DNA of 49,157 nt. It comes from an uncultured Ectothiorhodospiraceae bacterium. Lineage in GTDB: Bacteria > Pseudomonadota > Gammaproteobacteria > CAYFWJ01. The stretch lies in the NCBI GenBank assembly GCA_964346755.1, contig CAYFWJ010000007.1, positions 1 through 49,157 on the forward strand. Direction: 5' to 3'. The translations under genes were made by a program, and so were the position numbers. Position 1 is the stretch's first letter. Each line of letters opens with the position of its first letter. The notes below the pieces were generated by a model. The model searched no databases and was not told the DNA's origin. It was given only the letters and a program-made list of their open reading frames with translations. Positions 8,919-18,831 of this stretch are shown here, piece by piece.

Positions 8919-10617
8919 AGCCCATCCGCTCGAGCTTTAAGATGACCGCCTGGGCCGCCTCGTCCGGTGAAAGCTCGGAGGTGTTGAGTGACAGCTCCGG
9001 GTTCTCGGGGGCCTCGTAGGGGTCGCTGATCCCGGTGAACTCAGCGATTTGTCCGGCTCGTGCCCTCGCGTACAGGCCCTTGCGATCCCGCTGCTCGCAT
9101 ACCTCGAGGGGGGTTGAGACATAGATCTCGAGGAAACCGCCGTTCTCGGAGACCAGCTCGCGGACCTGGCGGCGGGTCTCGGCGTAGGGGGCGATGGGCG
9201 CGCAGATGGCGATGCCGCCGTTCTTGGTGATCTCGCTTGCCACAAAGCCGATGCGCAGGACGTTGATGTTGCGGTGTTCCCGGGAAAAGCCCAGCTCGCT
9301 CGACAAGTGCTTGCGCACGATATCCCCGTCCAGCAGAGTGACCGGGCGGCCGCCCATCTCGCGGAGCTTGACCAGCAGGGCGTTGGCGACGGTCGACTTC
9401 CCGGCCCCCGACAAACCGGTGAAGAATAGGGTGACCCCCTGACGCTCCCGGGGGGGATAGGCCTTTTGCAGCTCCTGCACCACCTCCGTATACGAGAACC
9501 AGTGGGGGATGTCGAGCCCCTCCCGGAGACGCCGCCGAAACTCCGTACCGGAGATCTTGAGGACCCTCTCGTCGGGCTGGACCTCATCGGCCGGCACGTA
9601 TTGCACCCGTTCCTGCACGTAGACCATCTCTTGGAAGGGCACCATTTCGATACCGAGCTCCGCCTGGTGGGCCTGAACCAATGCTTGGGCATCGTAGGCC
9701 CCATAGAAGTCTTGGCCGGCTTGGTTCTTGCCCGGACCGGCATGATCGCGGCCGACGATCAAGTGGGTGCAGCCGTGGTTCTTGCGGATGATGGCGTGCC
9801 ACAAGGCCTCGCGGGGGCCGCCCATGCGCATGGCCAGGGGCAGCAGGCTCAGCATGGAGGTCTGTTCCGGATAGTGGCCGAGGATGTGTTCGTAACAGCG
9901 CACCCGCGTGATGTGGTCGATGTCGCCGGGCTTGGTCATGCCGACTACCGGGTGGATCAGCAGGTTGGCCTCGGCCTGTTGGGCGGCTCGAAAGGTCAAC
10001 TCCTGATGGGCCCGATGCATGGGGTTGCGGGTCTGGAAGGCAACTACCCGGGTCCACCCCCGTTTGAGGAAGCGCTCGCGTAACTCATGGGGCGTGTTGC
10101 GGAGGTGTTTGAAATCGTAGTGCGTCGGTGGTTCGATGCCGAACACGGGGCCGCCGAGGTGAACCGGATAGGCCCGATGATGGAGGTAATGAACCCCCGG
10201 GTGCGTGGTGTCGTCGGCCCCGAATACCTGCTCGGCTTCCCAGCTCGGGTCCGCCCCCCAGCGATCGTGGACCTCCATGACCGCCAGGAGTACCCCTTCG
10301 GGATCGCGCAGCCCGATCCGACCCGTGGCGGTTGCCTGCTCGGCGAAGGCCTCGCTAACATCGAGGGTGATCGGTATTGGCCAGAGGGTCCCATCGGCGA
10401 GCCGCATCTCGGTGACGCTCGCCGTGTAATCGGCCCGATTCATGAACCCGGTCAGGGGTGAGAAGCCCCCGCTCATGATCAGCTCCAGGTCGCAGAGCTG
10501 GCGGGGGGTCAGATGCCAGGAAGGCAGATCACGGGCCTCGGCGGCGAGGGCCCCGGCGGCCTCGCTCGAGACGTAACGGTTGACGAGTTGACCTCCATGG
10601 GGGGGGATCAGGCGCAT
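8902..10617 (-). CDS. sat: Bifunctional sulfate adenylyltransferase / adenylylsulfate kinase
   Basis: FQTRNPMHRAH, GRDHAG and ISGT motifs, then the kinase P-loop GLSGAGKST, LDGD and FTGISDPYE. Confidence 0.95.
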   Translation of the reverse strand: MRLIPPHGGQLVNRYVSSEAAGALAAEARDLPSWHLTPRQLCDLELIMSGGFSPLTGFMNRADYTASVTEMRLADGTLWPIPITLDVSEAFAEQATATGRIGLRDPEGVLLAVMEVHDRWGADPSWEAEQVFGADDTTHPGVHYLHHRAYPVHLGGPVFGIEPPTHYDFKHLRNTPHELRERFLKRGWTRVVAFQTRNPMHRAHQELTFRAAQQAEANLLIHPVVGMTKPGDIDHITRVRCYEHILGHYPEQTSMLSLLPLAMRMGGPREALWHAIIRKNHGCTHLIVGRDHAGPGKNQAGQDFYGAYDAQALVQAHQAELGIEMVPFQEMVYVQERVQYVPADEVQPDERVLKISGTEFRRRLREGLDIPHWFSYTEVVQELQKAYPPRERQGVTLFFTGLSGAGKSTVANALLVKLREMGGRPVTLLDGDIVRKHLSSELGFSREHRNINVLRIGFVASEITKNGGIAICAPIAPYAETRRQVRELVSENGGFLEIYVSTPLEVCEQRDRKGLYARARAGQIAEFTGISDPYEAPENPELSLNTSELSPDEAAQAVILKLERMGFIRRH

Positions 10618-10682
10618 GGTGGGCGGCTCCTTAGGGCTGGCAGGATAACGAAGGGGACATGGCGGTCGGGTATCGCTGACCC

Positions 10683-11912
10683 TTAGGCCCCGACGAGCTG
10701 ATTGAGCTCGAAGATGGGCAGTAGGATGGCGATGACGATAAGCAATACGATGCCCCCCATTACCAGGATTAGCAAGGGCTCGAACAGGGCGAGGATGGCG
10801 CCAATGAGCGTCTCTAGCTCCCGTTCCTGGTGTTCGGCGGCCCGTTCCAACATGGTCTCGAGGTTTCCGGAGGATTCGCCGCTGGCGATCAACTGGACGG
10901 TCATCGGTGGAAAGAGCTGGCTGCGCCCGAGGGCTCGGTTGATCGTGCTGCCCTCTCGAACCCGCACGGCCGCCTCTTCGACGGCCCGTTGCATAGGCAA
11001 GTTGGAGATGACCTCCGCGGCGATCCGAAAGGCCTCGAGCACGGGAACGCCGGCGGCGGTGAGGATGCTCAGGGTCCGCGCGAAGCGGGCCGTGTTCCCC
11101 CCGCGGACCAGGCGTTGGATGAGGGGAATGCGCAACAGCAGCCGATGGTAAGTGACGCGAAAACGTTCCCAGCGTAGCAGCCTTAGGAAGGTGACGAAGG
11201 CGGCGATGAGTCCGATCAGGACAAAGGGGCCGTAGGCCTTGAAGAAATCGCTGGTCGCGATCAGGGCCCGCGTCAGCCAGGGGAGCTCTTGGTCGATGGA
11301 GGTGAAGACCTCGACCACTTCCGGGACGACGTAGGTGAGCAGCCCGATGACGACCAGGACCGCCATCAGGGTCAGAAGGGCCGGGTAGAACAAGGCCAGG
11401 CCCACTTTTTGGCGCATCTGCTGACGGGTCTCGGTGTAGTCCGCCAGACGCTCCAGGACCGTATCCAGGTGGCCGGATTGCTCGCCGGCCCCAACCGTCG
11501 CGCGATACAACTCGGGGAAGGCCCGCGGGAAGTCCTTGAGGGCCTTGGCCAGGGAGTGGCCTTCCATGACCCGGGCGCGCACCGGCAGGATGATGCCCTT
11601 GATGCGCCCCTTCTCCGCCTGCTGAACGACACCCTGCAGGGCCTCCTCGACGGTCAGTCCGGAGTGGACGAGGGTGGCGAGTTGTCGGGTCACCAGCGCG
11701 AGATCGGTGCTGCTTAGCCCCTTGCCGAGCCCGACTCGCGGCCCCGCACGAGGGCTATCCCGGTCTGTCTGCCGATGGGCCGTGGTGACTTCCAGCGGGG
11801 TCAGCCCCCGTTCTCGGAGCAGGGAACGGACCTGGCGCGGGGTATCCCCCTCGAGGACCCCCTTGCGCTCCCGGCCTCGGTTGTCGAGGGCGACGTAGTC
11901 AAAGGCGGCCAT
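10683..11912 (-). CDS. gspF: Type II secretion inner membrane protein F
   Basis: RQLATLV.SG, AGEQSGHL..VLERLADY, GESSGNL and EPLLIL motifs. Confidence 0.95.
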   Translation of the reverse strand: MAAFDYVALDNRGRERKGVLEGDTPRQVRSLLRERGLTPLEVTTAHRQTDRDSPRAGPRVGLGKGLSSTDLALVTRQLATLVHSGLTVEEALQGVVQQAEKGRIKGIILPVRARVMEGHSLAKALKDFPRAFPELYRATVGAGEQSGHLDTVLERLADYTETRQQMRQKVGLALFYPALLTLMAVLVVIGLLTYVVPEVVEVFTSIDQELPWLTRALIATSDFFKAYGPFVLIGLIAAFVTFLRLLRWERFRVTYHRLLLRIPLIQRLVRGGNTARFARTLSILTAAGVPVLEAFRIAAEVISNLPMQRAVEEAAVRVREGSTINRALGRSQLFPPMTVQLIASGESSGNLETMLERAAEHQERELETLIGAILALFEPLLILVMGGIVLLIVIAILLPIFELNQLVGA

Positions 11913-11921
11913 CGGCTGTGC

Positions 11922-12839
11922 TCATGCCTCCGAGTCGAGCCAATCCCGGGCGGTTAGGAACTCGCGGTATAGGCGGTCTTCCCAGCTATCCGGTTCCGGG
12001 TGCCAATCGTAGCGCCAACGCACGAGGGGGGGCAGGGACATCAGGATGGATTCGGTCCGTCCCCCGGACTGGAGGCCGAAGAGGGTTCCCCGGTCATAGA
12101 CCAGGTTGAACTCCACATAGCGCCCCCGTCGGTAGAGCTGGAAGGCCCGTTCCCGCTCGCCGTAGGGGTGTGCCCGGCGGGCCTGAACGATGGGCTGATA
12201 GGCGGGCAGGAAGGCGTCTCCGACGGCGCGCAGGAAGGCAAAGCTCGTCTCGAAGTCCCAGTCGTTGAGATCGTCGAAGAATAATCCACCGATGCCCCGC
12301 GGTTCGTCCCGGTGCTTGAGGTAGAAATACCGGTCACACCAGGCCTTGAACCGCGGATAGACCGCTTCACCGAAGGGGGTACAGGCCGCCCGGGCGGTGG
12401 CGTGCCAATGCCGGCAGTCTTCGAGGAAGGGGTAATACGGTGTGAGATCAAACCCCCCGCCGAACCACCACACCGGGGTCTCGTCGTCCGTTTCGGTCGT
12501 GAAGAATCGGACATTGGCATGGCTGGTTGGCACCATCGGACTGTGCGGGTGGATGACCAGGGAGACGCCCATGGCTCGGTAGGGGCGATCGGCGAGCTGG
12601 GGACGCTGGGCGGTCGCCGCGGCCGGAAGGGACTCGCCACGCACCGAGGAGAAGTTGATCCCCGCCTTCTCGAACACCGCGCCGTCTTCCAGGACACGGG
12701 AGCGTCCGCCCCCGCCTTCGGGGCGTTCCCAGCTGTCTTCACGAAAGCCTGATCCGCCGTCTTCGGCAGTCAGGGCCGTGGTCAGCCGATCCTGAAGCGC
12801 GTAGAGATAGGCCTCGACCCGTTCGATCGGTATGTTCAT
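11922..12839 (-). CDS. hemF: Oxygen-dependent coproporphyrinogen III oxidase
   Basis: [29 protein letters not shown] and [30 protein letters not shown] motifs. Confidence 0.97.
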   Translation of the reverse strand: MNIPIERVEAYLYALQDRLTTALTAEDGGSGFREDSWERPEGGGGRSRVLEDGAVFEKAGINFSSVRGESLPAAATAQRPQLADRPYRAMGVSLVIHPHSPMVPTSHANVRFFTTETDDETPVWWFGGGFDLTPYYPFLEDCRHWHATARAACTPFGEAVYPRFKAWCDRYFYLKHRDEPRGIGGLFFDDLNDWDFETSFAFLRAVGDAFLPAYQPIVQARRAHPYGERERAFQLYRRGRYVEFNLVYDRGTLFGLQSGGRTESILMSLPPLVRWRYDWHPEPDSWEDRLYREFLTARDWLDSEA

Positions 12840-12844
12840 CGTCC

Positions 12845-14386
12845 CTACTCCTCGCGGGTGACCCGTACGACCTCCTCCAGGCTGGTCTCACCGGCCAGGA
12901 CTCGGCGGATCCCATCCTCGCGGAGGGGGGGGCACAAGGTGCGGGCGTGTTGCTCGAGGGCGTGTTCCCCGGCCCCGTCGTGGATCAAGGTGCGCATGGT
13001 ACTGTCGATGGGGACCAGCTCGTAGATGCCGCTCCGACCCTTGTAGCCCTGGCCCTTACACAGGGCGTCCTCGCGCGGTCGGTAGATCGCGGGAGTCGGT
13101 TCCGGATGCCCGAGCAGGGCCTGTTCGGAGGCATCCGGGGTGTAGGGCTCGACGCAGTCCGTGGACAGCGTGCGTACCAGGCGTTGAGCGAGGACCCCGA
13201 TCAGGCTCGAGGCGAGCAGGAAGGGCTCGACGCCCATGTCGCGAAGACGCGTGATGGCGCCGACGGCGCTGTTGGTGTGCAGCGTTGAGAGCACCAGGTG
13301 ACCGGTGAGACTCGCCTGCACGGCGATCTGGGCGGTCTCCAGGTCGCGGATCTCACCCACCATCACCACGTCCGGATCCTGGCGTAGAATCGCCCGTAAT
13401 CCCCGGGCGAAGGTCATGTCCACCTTGCTGTTGACCTGGGTTTGGCCGATGCCGTCGAGGTAGTACTCGATCGGATCCTCGACGGTCAGGATGTTCCGTA
13501 CCCGTTCGTTGAGCCGTGTCAAGGCGGCGTACAGCGTCGTCGTCTTGCCGGAGCCCGTTGGTCCGGTGACGAGGAGGATGCCGTTGGGTTTGTGGATGAG
13601 CTCATCCAGGCGATGGCGGTCCCGTTGGCATAGGCCGAGTTGCTCGAGATCGAGCCGCCCCGCCTTCTTGTCGAGAAGCCGCAAGACCACCCGTTCCCCG
13701 TGTCCGGATGGGAGGGTCGAGACCCGAACGTCCACGGCCCGGCCGGCGACCCGTAGGGAGATGCGGCCGTCCTGGGGCAGGCGCTTCTCGGCGATGTCGA
13801 GCTTGGCCATGACCTTGATGCGCGATACCAGAAACGGTGCGACGCTGCGCGGGGGCGACAGCACCTCGCGGAGCATCCCATCGACCCGGAAGCGCACGAC
13901 CGTGCGGTTTTCGAAGGTCTCGACGTGGATGTCCGAGGCCCCTTCCTTGATCGCTTCGCTCAGCAGGGCGTTGATCAGGCGGATGATCGGCGCGTCATCA
14001 TCGGCCTCGAGGAGGTCTTCGGGTTCCGCCAGTTGCTCGGCCACCTCACTGAGGCTGCTATCCCCGCTGAAGTCCTCGACCGCCTCCATGGCCTCGCTGG
14101 AGTCCCGCTCATAGTGCTCGGAGAGCAGGGCGTTGAAGGCCTCGGTGGAGACGGCCTGGAGGCGGAAGCCGCTGTCCAGGCAACGGCGAAGCTCGAGGAG
14201 GGCCTCACGGCCGAGATCCGGACGATGAGCGACTCGATGACGGCCGTCCTCGTCGCGACCGGTGACCAGGACACCGAAGCGGTTGGCGAAGCCGTAGGAG
14301 ACCTGGGCGGGGCGATCGGGGATGACCTCGCCGGCTGTCTCGTCAGCCGGCGGGTGATCTTCGAACTCCAGTTCGGTCCGCGTCAT
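12845..14386 (-). CDS. gspE: Type II secretion ATPase E
   Basis: [30 protein letters not shown] and [15 protein letters not shown] motifs. Confidence 0.96.
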   Translation of the reverse strand: MTRTELEFEDHPPADETAGEVIPDRPAQVSYGFANRFGVLVTGRDEDGRHRVAHRPDLGREALLELRRCLDSGFRLQAVSTEAFNALLSEHYERDSSEAMEAVEDFSGDSSLSEVAEQLAEPEDLLEADDDAPIIRLINALLSEAIKEGASDIHVETFENRTVVRFRVDGMLREVLSPPRSVAPFLVSRIKVMAKLDIAEKRLPQDGRISLRVAGRAVDVRVSTLPSGHGERVVLRLLDKKAGRLDLEQLGLCQRDRHRLDELIHKPNGILLVTGPTGSGKTTTLYAALTRLNERVRNILTVEDPIEYYLDGIGQTQVNSKVDMTFARGLRAILRQDPDVVMVGEIRDLETAQIAVQASLTGHLVLSTLHTNSAVGAITRLRDMGVEPFLLASSLIGVLAQRLVRTLSTDCVEPYTPDASEQALLGHPEPTPAIYRPREDALCKGQGYKGRSGIYELVPIDSTMRTLIHDGAGEHALEQHARTLCPPLREDGIRRVLAGETSLEEVVRVTREE

Positions 14387-16374
14387 TTGGGCTCCGGGAT
14401 TGTGACCGAGTCGTCGGTGACGCGCGACTCGTTGACCAAGAATTCGTCCAGGACCGGCAAAACGGCCGGTGGCTCGTTCTGGAATAGACCCCGGTTCTGT
14501 TCCGATGCGAGGCGCTGTTGTTCGCGCATGTAGCGGTACTTCTCGTGCGAGTACTGCGAGGTGGTCGCGGCGTCCTTGAGGATGACCGGTCGCATGAACA
14601 CCATCAGGTTTTGTTTGACCCGGCTACTGCTGCGAAACCGAAACAGGTTCCCCAGGAGGGGGATATCACCGAGCACCGGGACCTTCTGAATGTTGTCCCG
14701 GGTCGTGTCGTCGATCAGGCCGCCGAGCACGATGAGCTGACCATCCTCCACCAGCACATTGGTGTTGATGGACCGTTCGTTGGTGATGAGGTCGGAGGCG
14801 TTGACCGCGCTTGCGCTCAACGAGGAGCTCTCGACCTCCAGCCCGAGTCGGATCGCCCCTCCTTCATTGATCTGAGGCGTGACCTTCAGGGTCAATCCAA
14901 CGTTCTGGCGCTCGATCGTCTGAAAGGGGCTTTGCGGGGTCGCCGCATTGCCGCCAGTGTCCGTGAACTGACCGGTGATAAAGGGCACATTCTGTCCCAC
15001 GACGATCTCGGCCTCCTCGTTGTCGAGGGTCATGATCGACGGGGTCGACAGGATGTTCGTCGCGGCGTCGGAGTTCAAGGCCCGCAGCAGGAATCCGAAG
15101 TCGGCGCCCTCGCGATTAAAATCACCCACCGCCAGGGAGAGGCCGTTGCCGAGCCCACCGCCCGCAACGCCGCCCAGGTCCTCGGTCAGCACGGCCTGCC
15201 CGACGCTGAGGAGGCTGCCTTCGCCAAAAGGGGTCGCAGCGACCGGGGCCTGACCCGAGGCGGGGGTGTTGTCGAGCACCGCTTCGACGCCCAGCTCACG
15301 GGCCCGATCGGTGGTGACCTCGGCGACGATGGTCTCGACCAGGACTTGGGCACGCCGGATATCGAGCTTGTTGATGACGGCCTTCAGCTCCTTCTGGACC
15401 CGGGAGGGGGCGGTGATGACCAGGGCATTGGTCATCTCATCCGCCTGGATATTGAATACCGCGTCGTTGGCCTGCTGATTGTCGCCCTCGGTGCGGCTCG
15501 TCTGGATCCCTTCGAGGAGGGAGACCAGGTCCGTCGCCTTGGCGTATTGGAGGTAGACGACCTCGGTATTTCCGGTTCGCTCGAGTGGGGTGTCCAGATG
15601 GGCGATCAGGGCGCGAAGCTCGAGGCGCTGTTGTTTCGAGCCACTGATCAAGATGCTGTTGGTCCGCTCGTCGGCGGCGAAGAAGGCCTGATCGCGGTTG
15701 CCACGGCCTTGATCCTGCTGCTTGAGGCTGTTCAGGGTCTGAATCACCTCCGAGGCGGTTGCGTTTTCGAGCCGCACCACCTCCACCTCGCTGTCGGTGC
15801 TCTGGTCGATCCGCTCGATGATGGACACCAGGCGGCGGATATTGGCTGCCCGATCGGTTAGCACGAGCACGTTGCTCGGGGTGTAGGCGGCCAGGTGGCC
15901 TTGCTGGGGCACCAGGGGTCGGAGGATCGGTACCAGCTGGGCAGCGGGGACATTTTCGACTTGGATCACTCGGCTGATCACGTCGTCCCAGCGATCGTCA
16001 TCCCCGCTGCCCGTTGGGATCGGGCCTTGCTTGGCATTGACATCGGGCACCACCTTGGTGATCCCGTCGGCCTCGACCGTGGCGTAGCCGTGGACCTCGA
16101 GGATGGATTGGAAGACGTTGTAGACCGCCTCCCGGTCCAGGGTGTCGGCGGAGACGACGGTGACTTTGCCCTTGACGCGCGGGTCGACGACGAAGTTGCG
16201 ACCCGTCATCTCCGCCACGGTCTCGATCAGGGCCTGGATATCGGCATTCTTGAGATTGAGGGACAACTCCTCGGCTGCGACCGGTGGGACACTCGGCCCA
16301 TGGCCCAGGCCGATCAGTAGGCTGAGACCCAGAAAGGCCAGTTGTCGGAGCGGAGGGGCGAAGCGCAGGACCAT
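14383..16374 (-). CDS. gspD: Type II secretion secretin D
   Basis: NFVVDPRVKGKV, LDIRRAQVLVE and VPVLGDIPLLGNLF motifs, plus an N-terminal signal peptide. Confidence 0.95.
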   Translation of the reverse strand: MVLRFAPPLRQLAFLGLSLLIGLGHGPSVPPVAAEELSLNLKNADIQALIETVAEMTGRNFVVDPRVKGKVTVVSADTLDREAVYNVFQSILEVHGYATVEADGITKVVPDVNAKQGPIPTGSGDDDRWDDVISRVIQVENVPAAQLVPILRPLVPQQGHLAAYTPSNVLVLTDRAANIRRLVSIIERIDQSTDSEVEVVRLENATASEVIQTLNSLKQQDQGRGNRDQAFFAADERTNSILISGSKQQRLELRALIAHLDTPLERTGNTEVVYLQYAKATDLVSLLEGIQTSRTEGDNQQANDAVFNIQADEMTNALVITAPSRVQKELKAVINKLDIRRAQVLVETIVAEVTTDRARELGVEAVLDNTPASGQAPVAATPFGEGSLLSVGQAVLTEDLGGVAGGGLGNGLSLAVGDFNREGADFGFLLRALNSDAATNILSTPSIMTLDNEEAEIVVGQNVPFITGQFTDTGGNAATPQSPFQTIERQNVGLTLKVTPQINEGGAIRLGLEVESSSLSASAVNASDLITNERSINTNVLVEDGQLIVLGGLIDDTTRDNIQKVPVLGDIPLLGNLFRFRSSSRVKQNLMVFMRPVILKDAATTSQYSHEKYRYMREQQRLASEQNRGLFQNEPPAVLPVLDEFLVNESRVTDDSVTIPEPK

Positions 16375-16475
16375 AGGTGACTCGCGATGGCACAGGATCA
16401 AGGGTCTCCGGCGGACAGCCGCTCGACCGTTTCAAATCGGGTTGTCGGGTCCCATAGAACCCCACTGGGTCCGAA

Positions 16476-17513
16476 CTACGAGAGATCGATGTTCAGGGGC
16501 ATCTCCACGCCATCGCGAAGCAGCCGCAACTGGACCTGGTCGACGCCGCGCAAACGGGAGATCAGCTGCATCGCTCCTCGAGCCGAGTCGAGGGCGATCC
16601 CGTTGACCTCCGTGACGATATCGCCCGGCTCCAGGCCCAAGGCCTGGAACATGGCCTCGTCGCCCCGAGGGTAGATCGCATAGCCGATCAGTGAGCCGTC
16701 CCGTCGCGCCGGTCGGACCCGCGCGATCTGGCCGAATCGGGTCGGATTGGCACGAACCTGTTGCTTGAGCTCTTGCAAGGCGGCTGAATCGCTCCCCTCG
16801 GAGCCGGATCGACGCCCCGGACCTTGCACGGTTGTCTCCCGGGGCCCACCGGCAGGCGGGCGTTGGGGGGTTCGATCGGATCCGTTGCGCTGGGAGGATC
16901 GACCCGCGCGCGCAGACACCTCGGGGGGCGCGTTCGAGCGCCCTGGACGGGCATTCGAACGCATTTCGTCCGCGCCGGAAACCGTGATCAGGCCGCGTTG
17001 TTGGGGGAGTTCCAGGGTCTCGAGGCGCTCGCCCCGTTTGAGGATGACCCGATCCCGGTGCACCGCGTGGAGTACGGCCCCCTGGGTGATCGTATCGCCG
17101 ACCCGATACAACGAGCCGTCCCGGCGACGCTCGGCGATGATCGCCAGCCCGGTTTGGGGGTCGGATCCCGCAATGATGCCTTGCAATTCGAGATTGAGTC
17201 GCGTCTTCGGCGCCTCGACAACCTGTTGGGGCGTCGGTTCTTGGGGCTCGGGCTCCGGTTCGAACGTGCCGAACAAGGCGAGTTGCGCCAAGCCATCGAG
17301 CGTTGGCTCGGCATCCTCGGCTCGAGGATCCGATGGGTTCGGCGATGACGGTGTCGCGACCGCATCCGGCGCGGGGAGCTCGGGCCGGGGTACCAGCTGC
17401 CAGGTGAGGTCTGCGAGGGTCATTCCGAGGGCGATGCTGAGGCCCAAACTGACGAGGCCCGCCATCCTGCGTCGGGTCGGCCGCAGGCGTCGGAGCGAAG
17501 GACTGGAGACCAT
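16476..17513 (-). CDS. gspC: Type II secretion protein C with PDZ domain
   Basis: N-terminal TM segment, AP.TRLNL.L.G, DRVIL.R...ETL and PDZ motif GL.PGDIVTEVNG. Confidence 0.9.
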   Translation of the reverse strand: MVSSPSLRRLRPTRRRMAGLVSLGLSIALGMTLADLTWQLVPRPELPAPDAVATPSSPNPSDPRAEDAEPTLDGLAQLALFGTFEPEPEPQEPTPQQVVEAPKTRLNLELQGIIAGSDPQTGLAIIAERRRDGSLYRVGDTITQGAVLHAVHRDRVILKRGERLETLELPQQRGLITVSGADEMRSNARPGRSNAPPEVSARAGRSSQRNGSDRTPQRPPAGGPRETTVQGPGRRSGSEGSDSAALQELKQQVRANPTRFGQIARVRPARRDGSLIGYAIYPRGDEAMFQALGLEPGDIVTEVNGIALDSARGAMQLISRLRGVDQVQLRLLRDGVEMPLNIDLS

Positions 17514-17595
17514 GGCGTATCCGGTGCGCGGGGATCCGTACGGTTGGATGAGGGCCGCTATTACTGCGCGAACGGCCTACTATAACGTGGGTCTG

Positions 17596-18258
17596 TTACG
17601 ATCGAAAGTCGGCGGCGCCGAGGGCTCGGGCCCGGTTCAAGCATTGGGGACAGCCACCGCATGGCGGCGAACGCCCGAGCAGGCAGCTGTAGGTGTTGGC
17701 TTCATAGTCCACGCCCAGCCGCCGGCCGAGGGCAACCACTTCGGGTTTCGTCCAATCGCGGAAGGGGGCCTCCAGCGTCAAAGGGGCGAGATGACGAAGG
17801 GCGCTCTGGAGGTCGGTGAGGAACGAGGCCGTGGTGCCCGCCTCGGCGTGCGTCGCATCATCTCGGGTTACCCCGAGGGCCACCGTCTGTGCCTGACGCT
17901 CGGTGGCATGGTTGGCGGCGACGGCAATGAGCAGGAGATTGCGATGGGGCAGGGGAACATGCCCGATCCGACGGGCGCTCGGCACGGTGTCCGTCCGAGG
18001 AGGCGGCTGGGTATCAAGGGTGAGGCGTGGTGTGGTTAGCCCGAGCTGGGCGTCGTTGTTCCGCACGGCGGCAAACTCGCGGTGGGCGGCGCGTTGGCCG
18101 TAATCCACGAAGAGCGTGTTGAGGCGGCGCCCTTCGGCGTGCCAGGCGTAGAGCAGCGTCGTGCTCTCGATTCCCCCGCTGACGAGCACTAGGGTCGCTG
18201 GACGACTCGCGTCCGTACCTGGGCGCGTACGCCCGTCGACTGCTGTTCTTGCCGCCAT
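17596..18258 (-). CDS. Divergent QueC-like PP-loop ATPase
   Basis: SGGIES PP-loop, DYGQR, PHRN and TYSC..CGGCPQC Zn site. Lacks the YPDC motif. Confidence 0.75.
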   Translation of the reverse strand: MAARTAVDGRTRPGTDASRPATLVLVSGGIESTTLLYAWHAEGRRLNTLFVDYGQRAAHREFAAVRNNDAQLGLTTPRLTLDTQPPPRTDTVPSARRIGHVPLPHRNLLLIAVAANHATERQAQTVALGVTRDDATHAEAGTTASFLTDLQSALRHLAPLTLEAPFRDWTKPEVVALGRRLGVDYEANTYSCLLGRSPPCGGCPQCLNRARALGAADFRS

Positions 18259-18288
18259 CCCCCGTCGATCCGTCCGGTGCGCCGTTCG

Positions 18289-18771
18289 CTACTCCGAGGT
18301 CTCCGGTTCCAGCGACGATTCAGCGCCTTGATGCCGCACGCGAATGATCACCTCGATGTCTTGCACCTCTTTGCCCGCGGGAGGGTCCGGCAGTCGGGTG
18401 AGAGGCACCGTGGCGTTATTGACGTCCGTCAGCTCACCGGTGTCCACATCGAAGAAGTGGTGATGGGGCTGGGTGTTGGAATCGTAGAACACCCGCGTCG
18501 GATCGACGATGACCTCCCGGATCAGGCCCTTTTCCGCGAATAGACCCAGGGTGTTGTACACCGTGGCTTTGGAGACGCGGTGACCGTCCCGATTGACACG
18601 CAGCAGGACCTGATCGGCGGCCAGGTGTTGGGCCCGTTCGAACAACACGGAGGCGATCTCGAGCCGCTGGTTCGTTGGCAGGATCCCGTGTTCCTGTAGA
18701 TAACTGGCGAGATTGGCGCGATCCATAGGGAATGTGTCCCGGTTGGGCCGGCCTTCGTTCTGTGTGACCAT
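18289..18771 (-). CDS. Fur-family regulator, Irr-like
   Basis: T.QR, VSKATVYNTL, FYDSN..PHHHFF, no CxxC motifs, and a C-terminal P.PP.G..V..IEVIIRV. An alternative start lies at 18726. Confidence 0.85.
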   Translation of the reverse strand: MVTQNEGRPNRDTFPMDRANLASYLQEHGILPTNQRLEIASVLFERAQHLAADQVLLRVNRDGHRVSKATVYNTLGLFAEKGLIREVIVDPTRVFYDSNTQPHHHFFDVDTGELTDVNNATVPLTRLPDPPAGKEVQDIEVIIRVRHQGAESSLEPETSE

Positions 18772-18831
18772 AAGGAATCCACTGTTCGGTTGATTCGCGC
18801 AATACCAACAGATTATCAGATAGGGCCCGTG

